NCBI RefSeq assembly: GCF_001194135.2
Contig: NC_068983.1
Coordinates: 87,262,097-87,326,096, forward strand
Reading direction: 5' to 3'
Source of the DNA: Octopus bimaculoides
Taxonomy: Eukaryota
Length of the DNA stretch: 64,000 nucleotides
Every line of letters begins with the position of its first letter. The first letter of the stretch is position 1. Positions 39,131-51,619 of the stretch are shown here, piece by piece. The notes under the pieces are model-generated. The model did no database searches and was not told where the DNA came from. It worked only from the letters and a program-made list of their open reading frames with translations. Position numbers and translations under genes: made by a program.

Positions 39131-41148
39131 ATCCAAGCAAAGAAATCATGCCTAAAAGTAGAACATATACACAAGTCGTGATCCCTTACTCATCAAGGTG
39201 AGCAATAGTTTCAAATATGAACCAACTCATACTGTGACCTGTCCAACCCATAACATGGAAAAGCAAATGTAAAATGCTGCTGCTGTTGTTGCTGATAATG
39301 ATCATGATGATGATGAACAATTACTTCCGAGTGTCCAGGCTCAACTGCAAGAATCTCAGAACATTACCACAGTACCATCTCTTCCATTTAACCCAGACAA
39401 ACATAAAAAAAGCCACATATACACACAAGCTGCAGCAGCATCAGTAACTAAATTAGCTCCAAACACTGCTGGGATTATTCGTGATGTGTAACATCACAAA
39501 TAATAAATGCAGAAAAGTAAATAACATCCATATTCTCCTCACCAAGTTCACCAAACTCGTTTCTTTCCTGGCCAGTGGGAGTCAGAGTTTGTTATGAAGA
39601 AGACCAGGTCACACCCAGGGGAGTAGAGTTAGTGATTGAAAAAGAGCAGTCAAATCGCCCTGTTTTTGTGAAGATGGTTTTAGAGATATCCAACCTCATA
39701 GCGAAGAAATAAGAATTATCAGATCTTCATCTGTTATCTTTCACTTGTTTCAGCCATTAGACTGCAGCCATGCTAGGGTGTCACCCTGAAGGATTTTAGT
39801 TGAGCAAATTGATTCCAGTACTTTTTTCTAAAGCCTGGTACTTACTCTATTGGTCTCTTTTGCTGAATTGTTAAGTTATGGCGATGTAAATACATCAACA
39901 CCAGCTGCCAAGTGGTGGTGGGGGACAAACACAGACACAAACACACACACATACACACAATGGGCTTCTTTCAATTTTCATCAACATAAATCAAGGGTGC
40001 AGTAGAAAACACTTGCCCAAGGTGCCACACAGTGAGACTGAACCCAAACCATGTAGTTGGGAAGCAAACTTCTTTCCACATAGCCACACCTGCAAACATT
40101 ATTTTATCTTCTCAACAGTAACAAGGAGGTGGTGGATTTTATTCGATTTTTCTTTTCATTTTTTTTTTGTGTGAAAGGGATTGGGTTTCTCTTTTTGAGA
40201 ACCACTGTTCTAAGTGATTGTTCAACATATTTTCTCTCTCTTTAGTTAGGAGAGAAGAGAGTTACAGGACCTCTGTGACTGGTGTGAAGGAGGAAGGTAT
40301 TCTCAAACCAGAAGTTTGGCTTGAATGTTTGCGATAGAAAAGACTTGTATCATGTGGTGGTAGTGGTGTTACCGGGTGACAAGTTAAGTCTACTTCTACC
40401 TGTTATCAGTGGTGGGTATGGTTCCACTAATCCGCTAACAGCTAATTAGCAAAGCTAACTTTTCATTTTAGCAGATTAGCATTTTTGCTAACTTTGGAAA
40501 ACGTCAGCAGACCAATTAACTTCTGCTAAATTTAGTTCAGCTAACTTTAAGTCTGCTAACAAAATTCATACATTTGTTCTTGTCTGTTGTGGGCATGTCT
40601 CAAAGAGTCTGTCAGGCATGCTATTGGCTAACTATGTGTACACATGACAAGACATGACTGGTCAATGCAGCAGCAGCTAGCTGAACAGCGTTGTGTAATT
40701 CTGCAGTTTTGAGTTGTGTTCACTTATGATGTTGTCACGTTATAGACAGGCTTACAGTGTCAGCAGCAGCAGTGTATATTATCGGTTTATCAAGTTATTG
40801 TTTATTGTTATGGAAGGTGAAGACATTTTTATTCGGCCTATACAAAGAAAGCATGCCAGCCCAGTATTAGCGAGGCAGTTGCCCAAACTGCTGGCAATGA
40901 CGTCTGTCAGTCTATGGTGGACAAAAAGATTGTAGACATGTTTGTCGACAACATGCTACTGCTGCATGTAGTGGAATCCTCCACCTTGGTCGGCCTGATC
41001 AAGATGCTGAACCCCAGCAAGACGTCGATGTCCCACCACACTCCAGGCAGGATGATCTTGGCCAGCCAAAAAACAGTTGGAGGAGTCTCTTACAAGATTT
41101 TTATAAATTAAAATTATACAAGGTTGTTAAATTATTATTATGGCGTGT

Positions 41149-42505
41149 TGTGATGTAAAGGAAGAAAAAGATGGAAGTGAAGAGAGAATTATGGTAGTCT
41201 TGCCTGTCGGTCCGGAAAAAGGGTCACTTTCAACATCCACGTGCTGTCTCAATCTCCAAGGTTCACTCCATGTCCATATGCGCTATCTTTCACTGTACAG
41301 TCTCACACGTCCGCTCTGATGTGCTGTCCGCTGCCCGACTGGCCCCCTCATGCTTCGCTGATGCTGCATGTCCACTGCAGCACTTCTGGTGGGATCCACA
41401 AGCCCCACTTCCGACAGGACATGTCTACTCCTTCACTTCTGATCCTTCGCTACAACACAGCCTGGCTCATAACACCACACGCCTCTCCACCCTGATCTGA
41501 AGATCATTCAACCAACCTGCCCACGTCCTCTTCTCAACCCTGACCACATGTCTTAATTTGTCTCGTAATCAGTCAACCAGCGAGGAGGGCACCGCTCCCT
41601 CTGTAACTTCAGGACTGGCCTCAGTTCCTGGCATATTACTGCCGGCTTCGTCCTCTTGTCCATTACTGTTGGCCCCATCCTGTCGCAGTGATGATCCTGC
41701 GCACATCCAAAACATGTTGTGACATGCCATCTACGGATACACTGTTCCTCGAATTCACAGAGGTTATTGTTCCTTTTCCCCACTGTGATGTGCACCGCGC
41801 ATTTGGGGGCTTAACCCAGACTTCTCTGACCTGCACAAAGGCATGCTCTTTCTCTTCTGCGGGATGCGGTGATGCAGTACATAGATGCCTCCACTCGTAC
41901 TTGAATATTGCCCTGTGTGGCCCTGACTCCCCAGCCTGTCCCGTCATGGGCGACATATTATACCGAAAAACGGCCTTGACCGGTGAGATGTGACACCTCT
42001 CTGCTATGGTCTTGATGATATGATGATGCCTCTCCACAACCCCATTGCCACTTGGCCAGTAATCCGCTCTGAAGAAACGGCTGACATGCCACTTGTCAAG
42101 CATTTCCCCCAGCACCTCCGAGTGAAAGGCAAGCAGCTCATCCACAGGGCCTCGTTCTAGGAATATTTCATTCAATATTCTTGTGATTTAAAGGAAGAAA
42201 AAGACGGAAGCGAAGAGAGAGTTACAGTAGTCTTAATTGTCAGTCTGGAAAAAGGGTCACTTTCAATATCCACGGACTGTCTCGATCTCCAAGGTTCACT
42301 CCACGTCCACTATCCGTTGCTGTACAGTCTCACACGTCTGCTCTGATGTGCTGTCCGCCACCCGACTAGCCCCTCGTGCTTTGCTGATGCCGCATGTCCA
42401 CCGTGGCACTTCCAGTGGGATCCGCAGGCTCCACTTCCGACAGGACATGCCTACTCCCTCACTTCCAATCCTTCCTTACAACACAGCCTGGCTCATAACA
42501 CCACA
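41149..42505 (-). mobile_element. Internally deleted Gypsy LTR element: two LTRs plus integrase C-terminal half
   Basis: LTRs at 41149-41479 and 42182-42505 (TG..CA on - strand); PPT AGGGTGGAGAGGCG before the 3' LTR; ORF 41663-42175 with SGNGVVERHH and VWVKPPNARCTSQWGKG. Confidence 0.88.
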
Positions 42506-42600
42506 TATACTTCATATTTTCTCAGTTAATGTAATAAAATGTATAATAGCTAATTGAAATAAATGTCATAATATATAATATAAGGTATACATACACACAA

Positions 42601-42655
<55 letters not shown>

Positions 42656-43718
42656 TCATGATTAAGTCTGCACAGCACAGTCAATCTTTAATGAAATAAC
42701 AAATAAACGAACCTTAAGTTCTGAACTTATGAAATTCCGACCATCATTCCATCCCTCATCTCGGTTATTCATCACCCCCAACGCGTCACCTATCAAGGTA
42801 ATGTCACAATTTTCAAAAGTTTAATAACGAGGCTTTAAATTATAAGCAGTATTTTTATGAATTTAGAACAGTCTCGTGACAAATGTTAAACTGGTTATAA
42901 GATACTATGAAAGAATGTCCTGCCTCTTTCCTATCCGAGAAAAATTGTACAAACCACTTGTTCACAGAAACTATTGCTGCTTGCGTGGAGATGCCGATGA
43001 GCGGCTCGTGTTTTTTTTTTTTGTAGGCCTTGATTATATTCTGCATCAGTTTATATATCATGACATTAAATTATTTCCTTGTTGGTTTTAAACTGCTGTT
43101 AGCCACCTTGATTATTTTATAATTTTCAGATCGTCATTTTGTGAAATCAGTCACTGATTCCAATGGCATTATCCATAATATTGACAGGAGTGAGTTGGCC
43201 TCTACCAACTGCGATGGAGTGACCATTACTGATGAGTATTAATTTCCTAAACGAAATTAACATGCTAATCTAATGCATCTTGCTTAAGAGTCTGGAGGGT
43301 TTTCTCCCCTGTCAGTACAAAGAAACCATATGCTTTTGTGGCTAAGGAGTCTACGACTTCTATTTCTAGCAATGCTGATAGTCGCTGCATCCTAAGCTTT
43401 TAACTTTACAACTTATGTCTCTTTACAATTTAACATTTTTTAATTACAGATTGCTCAAGGATGTCTCCTGGATGGCGATCGCTGTGGACTGTTGGTCGGC
43501 CCACGACAGGTCCTACCTGGGGTTGACGGCACACTGGCTGAACCCCAAAACCCGCACGAGACAACACGCTGTCCTGACCTGCTCTCGGCTCAGAAGACAT
43601 CACACCTTTGATGTTCTCGCCCAGACCATGGAGGACATCCATCAAAAGTTCCATTTGCAAGACAAGGCAACCAGGACCACGACGGACAACGGTAAAAACT
43701 TTGTTAAGGCATTATTTA

Positions 43719-44001
43719 TGTTGTGTTATAAACCCAAACTCGAATATCAAAGTTCAAAAGGTTTTAATCGACTAAAAATACAGCAATCTACAATACAAAC
43801 AAAGATTGCTAAATTGTAAGCAAAACCAAACTTCAACGCAATAACAGTTTTATGCAGCAAGTTGCTACAGCCTCGACTAACTAAAACCAACACTGAACAC
43901 GTCCTGCAGCAAACAGAACAGAACTCCGCGCAGTCGCACTGCAGGCATATAACAGCAATCAAGACAATCAAAATCACGTGATCAAAACAAAAATCGCAAT
44001 A
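43719..44001 (-). mobile_element. ~283-bp solo-LTR-like insertion in the hAT transposase
   Basis: Interrupts NFVKA..FGTEVELLPD; ends TGTTGTG / CGCAATA; ATTAAA on - strand near its end; no clear TSD. Confidence 0.5.
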
Positions 44002-46473
44002 CGTTGTTTGGTACAGAAGTTGAACTCTTGCCAGACATTTCTGAGGCTAGTGCCGATGCGGATGTGGAGGACGTGAATCCTAAGGCTGGGAATGTGGACA
44101 AAGTTGAGTACATCTCTGTTGATGCCATCCTTGACTAAACCTGCTAGTGCACATGAAGTGCACAGCCCATGCCTTCAACTTGGTAGCTAATGTGGATACC
44201 GACAAGGCTCTTGACAGCGCTTCGTTCAAGTCGGCCTAGAGGAAGGCCATGTCTAAGGCGCAGCGGCTGTGGAATCTGCAGAGCCGCAACACGGTGACGG
44301 TGCGTTGAAGAGGAGGCTGGTGGTTCCAAAAAGTACCAGATCGAACTCTACTTATGATTCTGTTGTTGTCCTCAACAACCCGCTGGAGAAGAATAGGGGA
44401 GCTGTCCACAGGTGATGACACAGCTGAAGCTACAGATCTTTACTGATTCTGATGTCGACTTCCTAATGCCTAATGTTGCCAAGGCAGTGGATAAAATCCA
44501 AAGGGTAGACCAGGATTATTTCGGGAGCCTTCTGCCAACTGTAGTGGTTACCGTCATGAAGTTGAAGAAGGCCAAGTTCAAACATCTCTTGAACTGCAGT
44601 CCTCTGGTAGACGCGATACTGGCAGGAATCACGAAAAGGTTTGGGATCCTCCTAGAAGACCTGGAGTGCCAACTAACCGCTACCTTCCACCACAAGTTTC
44701 GCCTGTTCTGGCTGGAGCAGTCAAGTTAGCAGAGTAACAAACGCCATGGAAACCGTCGTAGCGACAGCCCTAATGGAGACCAATGAAGAGGGCAACAGCA
44801 CCACCAGCAATGAAGATGAGGAAGATGATTTCTTCAGAAACATCACTCGGCTCCGGAAGAGCATGAACCACAAGGTCACTGAAATCCAAGGCGCAAAACT
44901 TGGTGAAGACCTGGTTGGAGGCCATCTCGAAGAGGTCCTGACTGAAGTTGCGTTTTTGAGTGAGAAGGTCTTGATCAACCTGTTCACCAAGTATAACACG
45001 GCCATCCGATCCAGTGCTGCAGTCGAGCACCTATTCTCTAGAAGCAAAGATATTTTGAAGGCCTCTCAGATGGAAACTTTGAGAGGCTGATGTTTGTGAA
45101 GGGCAACCAGCATCATGTCGAGGTGATGGAGAAGGCTCAGCCAGAGTAGTACACCTTGATCATCATCCGATCTTGGCATGATACACCTTTTTGATTCGTT
45201 TAATACTTTTTGTACAGTAAATAAAGTGTATGTTGACTGAAAACTAATGTTTAATTTCATTTGTTCATTTAATTATTTGCGTACACCTTGATCATCATTT
45301 GATTTTGGCATGCTATACCTTTCTGGGAAGCTCTATGTCTAAGCTACAACATGAAAATTTCAGCTCTCTAAGTTTGTTTTTAGGGGTTTCAAAGCAAACC
45401 GAAACTAAATTTATGATAAAAGATAGTGACCATCATTTAGCGTTAGTTTCCGCTAATTTTTTTTTACCTGTTTAGTGGTTTAGCGTATGCGAAGCTAATT
45501 TTTTTTAGTTGGCGGATTAAGTTATCTGTGCTCACCACTGCCTGCTGTCTATAACAGTCAAATCTCCCTCAGACCACAACCAACTGTCTTACGAAGGGGC
45601 ATATTGGATAATAATGGTTTTGGGTTCCCTAGATTTGGCAAAAAGGTGGGATGATCCAGGCTGGAATATTTTTTTCCCTGTAATTTTATTCGACCAAGGC
45701 TGATCTGAGGTTAAACAACAAAAGCTGGGCATATAAATGTAGATCCAGTGAGGAAGTCTCTACACAATTGCCCGAACTACCAAGAAATAACAGCCAAAAT
45801 ATCTCAAATCAGCCTTGTCGTAACAGAAAGATAAACGCATTGGAAAATGAAGTCATAGGTGCACTGTGCCTGGGAAAAGGACTGGATGGTCAAGACTCAG
45901 GTACCTTTAAGCAAAGGTCTGCTCGACCAAAAGTAAACTTATTGAGTTATGCAACAGTTGGCATACGAACGAATTAGTGAGGGAACCTGTAAACAGTAAT
46001 TTTACTTGCTAGAAACAGCAGCCAAAAAACAAAAAAAAAAACAAAAACAAAAAAGCGGAGGACATTGAACAATGTAGTCCCTGATATACAAACTGTCTTT
46101 ACAGTGACGTAGTGTAGAATGTACTGACCGCGCAGGCTACGTTGTGTCGTCACACGCTACCGTTAATAAAAGACTTCACTCATACCAAAATGAACAACTC
46201 TGCTATTCAGTGGTAAACTGGTTTTTATTTCACCACCCCGAAAGGATGAAAAGTAAAGTCGACCTCGGCGGAATTTGAACTCAGAACGATTTAGTCAGAT
46301 GAAATGCCGCAAAGCCTTTTGTTCACCGTGCTTAAAGATTCTACCAGCTTGCCGCCCTTGTGATTTGACATTTTGGCACAAGGCCAGTAATTTTAGAGGA
46401 TCGGCACTTCGTTTTATCGACTCTGAAAGGGTAAAAGGCAAAATTGACCTCGGCAGGATGTGAACTTAGAACG

Positions 46474-46800
46474 TGTAGTAACGCCTGCGCATGCGTAGTC
46501 TTACGCATGCGTAAAATTAAACAAGCAAGCGCTTCCCGCTCAATTCATTCTCTTTCTCGCTGGCCAGCGATTGAGCAAGGACGTGTGTTTAAAGCTGTCT
46601 CTACATCTTTCGGTCTTATACTCGACAGCTAGTTATTCTCACCTCTAAAGATGTATAACTAAAGATATGTATGTTTTACCAAGTAAATAAATGTTGTTTA
46701 AGTTGTTTAGTCTGGAGTTCAGCGTTCCGTCAATTTCTTTAATTTTATAGTAGAAAGTCAGGTATACAATCTAAAGGTGTATAACCCACTTTCTACTAAA
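46474..46800 (+). mobile_element. Solo LTR (327 bp) inserted in a SINE
   Basis: Termini TGTAGTA / TACTAAA (one mismatch); 4-bp TSD AACG; AATAAA near 46685; the SINE resumes at 46805. Confidence 0.72.
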
Positions 46801-46861
46801 AACGTAAAGATCCAGAAGAAATGCCACCAAGCATTTTGATCCTTCTAGCTCACCGCCCTAC

Positions 46862-49800
46862 TAATAATAATCGTATACTTTCTTTATTGGCCACAAGATC
46901 TGCAAAAACCATATCTAGGACATTACAAAGGACAACGAGGATTTAAATAAACACGCGTACAAAATTAAAACAAATAAACAAACTTATAAGAATAAAATTT
47001 CCCAATAGGGGGGAAACGCCACACTGGTACGACTAAGGAACCTCACAAATCCCGAGTAACTCTACTACCTTTACTTTCCTTTCCAAGTGGAACTTGAAAA
47101 AACAAACAAACAAACAAACAAAAAACGATGAAAGCTAAACTGAAAAATAAACTGTCTGCCTTCAGTCTTTTCAGTTCCATCCACCACACAACCCTGCCAT
47201 ATTCATCAGTCAGGTAAAATAACTACTTCTCAAAACCTTCAGCTTCTGTAGAACTAGCTGCCAGGATCTTTATCCAACATTTCTATGATGTATCGTGCGA
47301 GGTGGAAGTTGTCGTGGGTAATTCTGTTTGGCATAGCGCATGCATCTTTTAATATGGAGCATGCACCTTACTCTAACACCGTGGCCAAAATCTTCAATTC
47401 TGTATTTAACAGAGTTAGGGGCCTGAAGTTCTTTTAATCATCCCCCTTGTTCGGGTTCTTTCTCAAATGCACCACACTAGTTTTCATAGGACTGGTATTC
47501 TCGGTTTCTGCTGCCAGTTGCAGTAGACATCTGTCATGAGGCTCCAGAACAAGTCTAGCATATGAACACGAAGCTCGTAGAGTAGACCATCCCGCTTCGA
47601 CGACTTTCTCTTGTATCCAGCCATTACTTTCCATATTTCGTCAGGTTTTATCGGTCTTTCGCAGAACTTCTCATCCCTATTCAAGAGCCACAACAGACAG
47701 TTGAGGTTAGGAACATCTCTGGTTCACCGCCCGCCCCAAATAGTTGAGTGAAGTGCCATTAAAAAGCTGCACATATCTGCTTGGAATTGAGTTGTACACG
47801 CCATTCCCGATCTGTTAAAGACTGAGTTGGGGCTTTACTGTCACTTGGGACCATCGAACGACTTTCGTTCCATGCCTTATAGCCCTATCTCTGATAACGC
47901 AACATTCATGCTTAGCTTTGAAGAATCATTAAAGGTCAATCTCGCTGCCAACACGTCAGTCACAGTGCCTTTCCTAAACGCTTCTTCTAAGTTACTAAGT
48001 TGGCCTCTTTCTGGAATTTCTATAATCATTTTCTTACTAAACCTTATCAATTGTAATCAGTAAGCTATTTTCAGGGCAAACAATCATTGGCTGTTGACAA
48101 TTTCTCCCGTCAACTCCCTCTTAACTAGTTCTTTAATCCAGTCACTGTAAACTTGGTGCAATGGGAAAGATGCGTTCAGTTTCCAGAAACCGGGTCCCTA
48201 TCCACCGGTGGATAGGGACTTGGTTTCTAAGGTACAGGCCACAAATTTGTGGCCTGTACGTCAGCTGATTGGAAACAACTGAACAAGTCTGAGAGGCTTT
48301 CTCACACTCGTCTCCTATCAGCTAGCCACACACAATTAAGAAGTTCATCCGAGATGGCGTTTCAATTGCCCACTAACACTAAAGAGCGGAGTATTTCCTG
48401 GAAAATCTCCAGTTGCCTGAAGAAATTCGGCTGCTCCATACCAGCCGCGTCTAGAAAGACCGACTGTCTCAAGGTCCAGGCCATTTCGAAACAGCACTAC
48501 CTCTTGCCCTACTACTCTGGGCCGAATAAGTGATGTAAAGATCTCGAAGTCGGCAAAAATTGGTGCTAAGGGCGTGTGTCTAGAATCCTCGCCGATAGCT
48601 ATCACATCCAAACCTAGCAACCTGAAGTCAATGAGCAGGCGACTAGGCTTCCATGTTGATTTCAGGCTACGTGCATTTATACACTCTACTCTCAGAGCTG
48701 CCATGCTCGTGAAAAAGAGGAAGACGAAAAGTAAACGGGTTACTTACCCATTTGGTAGTCCTGTGGATCGAGTGACTTGGTTTACATGAAATTTTGGGCT
48801 TCCTTCAGAAGCCTACAGCTGCCCTTGCGCTGAAGCATCCTACATTCATTGGGGAAATTATCCCTCATTATATATATCTCACAAATTTGTACCACTTTGA
48901 AAGTAGTGCGCTTGTAGACCTTCTCTCTGTTTTAACGTTTTCTTTTAATGTAATAAGGGACATCAATTTTTGTATTTGTACTCCTTGTCAGCATAAAGTT
49001 TAGGCTAGGTGTGTTTTGTTAATGTTGTACTTGTGTGTCTGTCTGATGGTGCAACTCCTGCGTTTTTTTGTTTTTTTTTTGTTGGTGATTTTGGTGGTGG
49101 AGTTGTTGCCAATGTTTGGTACGGGTGTCATTTCAGGGATACAGTCGTGATTTAAAAAAGAGAAACTGCCGGAGAGCATATATAATTTTTTAAAAGTATT
49201 TTTGTTGTATTTTTTATTGTTAATTTTTTTGTTGTTTTTCCTTTTTACGAGATGAGATATCTATACCAGAAATATCTGATACGGGTTGGGGTAAAGGTGA
49301 AGGTATATATTTCACGCGTGCTCATATGTGTATGTGTTTGGAAGGGGAAGGGGATAGAGTATAAGGGAGGAGTTAAGTTGGAGATTTTTCTGGGTGCCAG
49401 GTTTTGCTTCTGTATTGTGGGTGTCATTGTTGCTGGTTTCCTGTCATTTGTAATATTAGCACCGGTACTGTTGTTCTTGTAGCTGCAGTTGCGGTTATTT
49501 GTGTTACTGTTGCTATTGCTACTGTTGTTGGTGTTGACCTTCTTCTCTTCACTACTACTATTGAGGCTGCATTATCAGCAGTAGTGGAAGTAGGGTGTCT
49601 CCTCTACCTTGTTTTTTGTAGAGGAAAAAAGTTCCGAAGTGGCCTTCTGCACAACACAAATGGCATCTTGACCTTCTTCCCCTACCCTTAAATATGCAGC
49701 TGGACTTCATTGGAAAGGCGTATAAGGCCTGGGATCTTCTCTACATCCTCCAATTTGATTTGGAGGAGGATCTACACTATAGTCCCAAGCCAAAACTCCG

Positions 49801-50150
49801 TCTCTGTTCGTTTTACGTCAAAGAGGATGTCACCTCCCTTCAAAGCAACACAGGCTAACTTCCACCAGATGGAAAGTCCCTCCATCTCTCCCTCTCTCTC
49901 ATATATATACATATATATATATATATATATCGAAAAGTTCTCCCTAAATTCGATGGCTATAGGGTGAATTTATCTGTCGCATATAGGAACTATGGAGTAC
50001 ATCAGTGCGAGGGCTTTGCTCTCGAAGAAAGCCTCCATACTCCCGAACTGCTGTGCTCTGGTCACATGACCTATATCTACCCATATATCTTTGAGAGCTC
50101 TTTCCACCTGGATGTGTGTTGCCGCTTCTAGGCATCAGGTTTTAACCTGT
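46862..50150 (-). mobile_element. Tx1/L1-clade LINE: ORF1 with zinc knuckle, APE endonuclease, deleted RT, (TTA)n tail
   Basis: ORF1 RCHLCCAEGH near 49637-49668; ORF2 from 48704 MAALRVECINARSL..DVIAIGE, GPGFWKLN, DFRPLTLLNTELKILA; jumps to the FKFHLERKVKVE 3' end. 5' boundary approximate. Confidence 0.85.
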
Positions 50151-50589
50151 AGACAGCGATACAACGCTGTTGAATCGGCTGTCATTTAAGGAGAGTGAGA
50201 AGTACTGTGTTGATTTCACTGCCTTTGGTGTTCCCCACCACTTAATTTTTTTATTATCATTCTTCTTTTCTTCTTTCTCCTTCCTCTTGTCGCTTTTGGT
50301 GTTGTAGCAATTGTCGTTGTTGCTAGTGTTTATAGGAAAGTGGTTATACACCATTAGGTGTACACCGCTTCCGTACATTAAATTCTGAAGAAACAACGGA
50401 ACGCAGATTCTGAACTATCAACACAACAATATTTATTTACAGAGGAAATAGGCACCACTTCGCCCTTGGTTGCTGAGACGCCTTCTGAATGATTTCCGTG
50501 GTTATTTGTGAAGCTCTGGTGCTGACATGTGAGAGAGCTCTGTTGGACGTCTGACTTCTTCGTCGGCCGGCGAGAAAAGAGCGGTAACG

Positions 50590-50682
50590 TTTTAGATGTT
50601 GAACTCTACACATGCGCATGAGACTCTTCCCGTGTTCCTTCCGGAACTAGTCCCTGCGCATGCGTGGATAAGCTTACCGGAC
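50590..50682. promoter_or_regulatory. Candidate CpG-rich promoter (NRF1 and ETS motifs)
   Basis: CATGCGCATG (50611-20), palindromic TTCCGGAA (50639-46), TGCGCATGCG (50655-64); not within any repeat I could recognise. Confidence 0.5.
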
Positions 50683-50794
50683 ATGTCGTCTGCTAAGGCG
50701 TTACTACATGTTAAAAACGTTGTCCTTATTGTTGTTGCTATCATTGCTGTTGTTATTGTCGCTATTCTCGTGCAAATTTTCTCTCATAGAGCTG
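50683..50794 (+). CDS. Candidate first exon of an unknown signal-anchor or secreted protein
   Basis: MSSAKALLHVKNVVLIVVAIIAVVIVAILVQIFSHRA then G|GTAATA (phase 1), directly after the motif cluster. The hydrophobic run could instead be GTT/GCT low complexity; no downstream exon found. Confidence 0.4.
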
Positions 50795-51074
50795 GTAATA
50801 GTATGAAAATTTCATGCTACCTCCTCGTTGAATTTGATAATGGGCAGTACCGACGCCATAATTCCAAACAAGAGAGAGGGGTAAAAAAAAAAAGAAAAAA
50901 AGACAGCCGAAAACTAATAAAATATTACAAAAATTGGTTGTTCCCTTCTTCATCCATTGAAGAAGGGGTCCTTAAAGTTTTAACAAAAATTTGCAACAGT
51001 AAGCTAATTATTTTCAGCAAAATTTAACAAACCTTTACGACCGATGGACGTGCGCAATAATGATAATTAACGTA

Positions 51075-51600
51075 ATTCTTTCTATTATAGGTATAAGGCC
51101 TGAAATGTTTGGAGAGGGAACTAGTTGATTACATCGACCTCACTATTCAACAGATACTAATCTTTATCGTTCACGAAGGAATGAAAGGCAAAGTCGAACT
51201 CGGCGGAATTTGAACCCTGGAAGTGAAGCCGAGCGAAATGCTGCTAAGCATTTTGATCGAAGTGCTAACGTTTCTGTCAGTTCGTCGCCTTAAGAAATAA
51301 TAATAATAATCCTTTCTACTATAGCCGCAAGGCCTATAGTAGAAAGGATCTTTGTTAACGATTCTGCCAGTTCACTGCCTTCAATGGTTTTAAATTTTGG
51401 CTCAAGGCCAGCAGGTTCGGAGGACGGGGTTAGTCAATTACAGTGTTCAACTGGTACTTATTTCATCGACTCCGAAAGGATGAAAGGCAAAGTTGACCTC
51501 AGCGGAATTTGAACTGAGAACGTAAAGACGAACGAAATACTGCTAAACATTTCGTTCGGTATGCTAACGATTCTGCCAGCTCGTCGCCTCAAATAATAAT
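51075..51600 (-). mobile_element. Head-to-tail array of a (TTA)n-tailed tRNA-derived SINE
   Basis: Repeated units with CCCCGAAAGGATGAAAGGCAAAGTCGACCTCGGCGGAATTTGAAC separated by (TAA)n. Confidence 0.85.
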
Positions 51601-51619
51601 AATGGAACGGACTCTATTA

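Larger units (their letters stand above)
40407..45540 (+). mobile_element. hAT DNA transposon (5.1 kb), degenerate transposase, carrying nested insertions
   Basis: TIR CAGTGGTGGGTA / TGCTCACCACTG; 8-bp flanks CCTGTTAT / CCTGCTGT (6 of 8); sub-terminal GCTAA/TTAGC repeats; motifs DCWSAH..YLGLTAHW, TTTDNGKNFVKA, KCTAHAFNL, KYNTAIRSSAAVEHLFS (hATC). Confidence 0.93.

Noticed and set aside
46480-46620. NRF1 motif cluster as a host gene promoter
   Set aside because: It lies inside a TSD-flanked solo LTR.
50095-50147. Possible hammerhead on - strand (CCTGATGCC..GGAAA)
   Set aside because: The core lacks CUGANGA, and the second copy has CCGATG.
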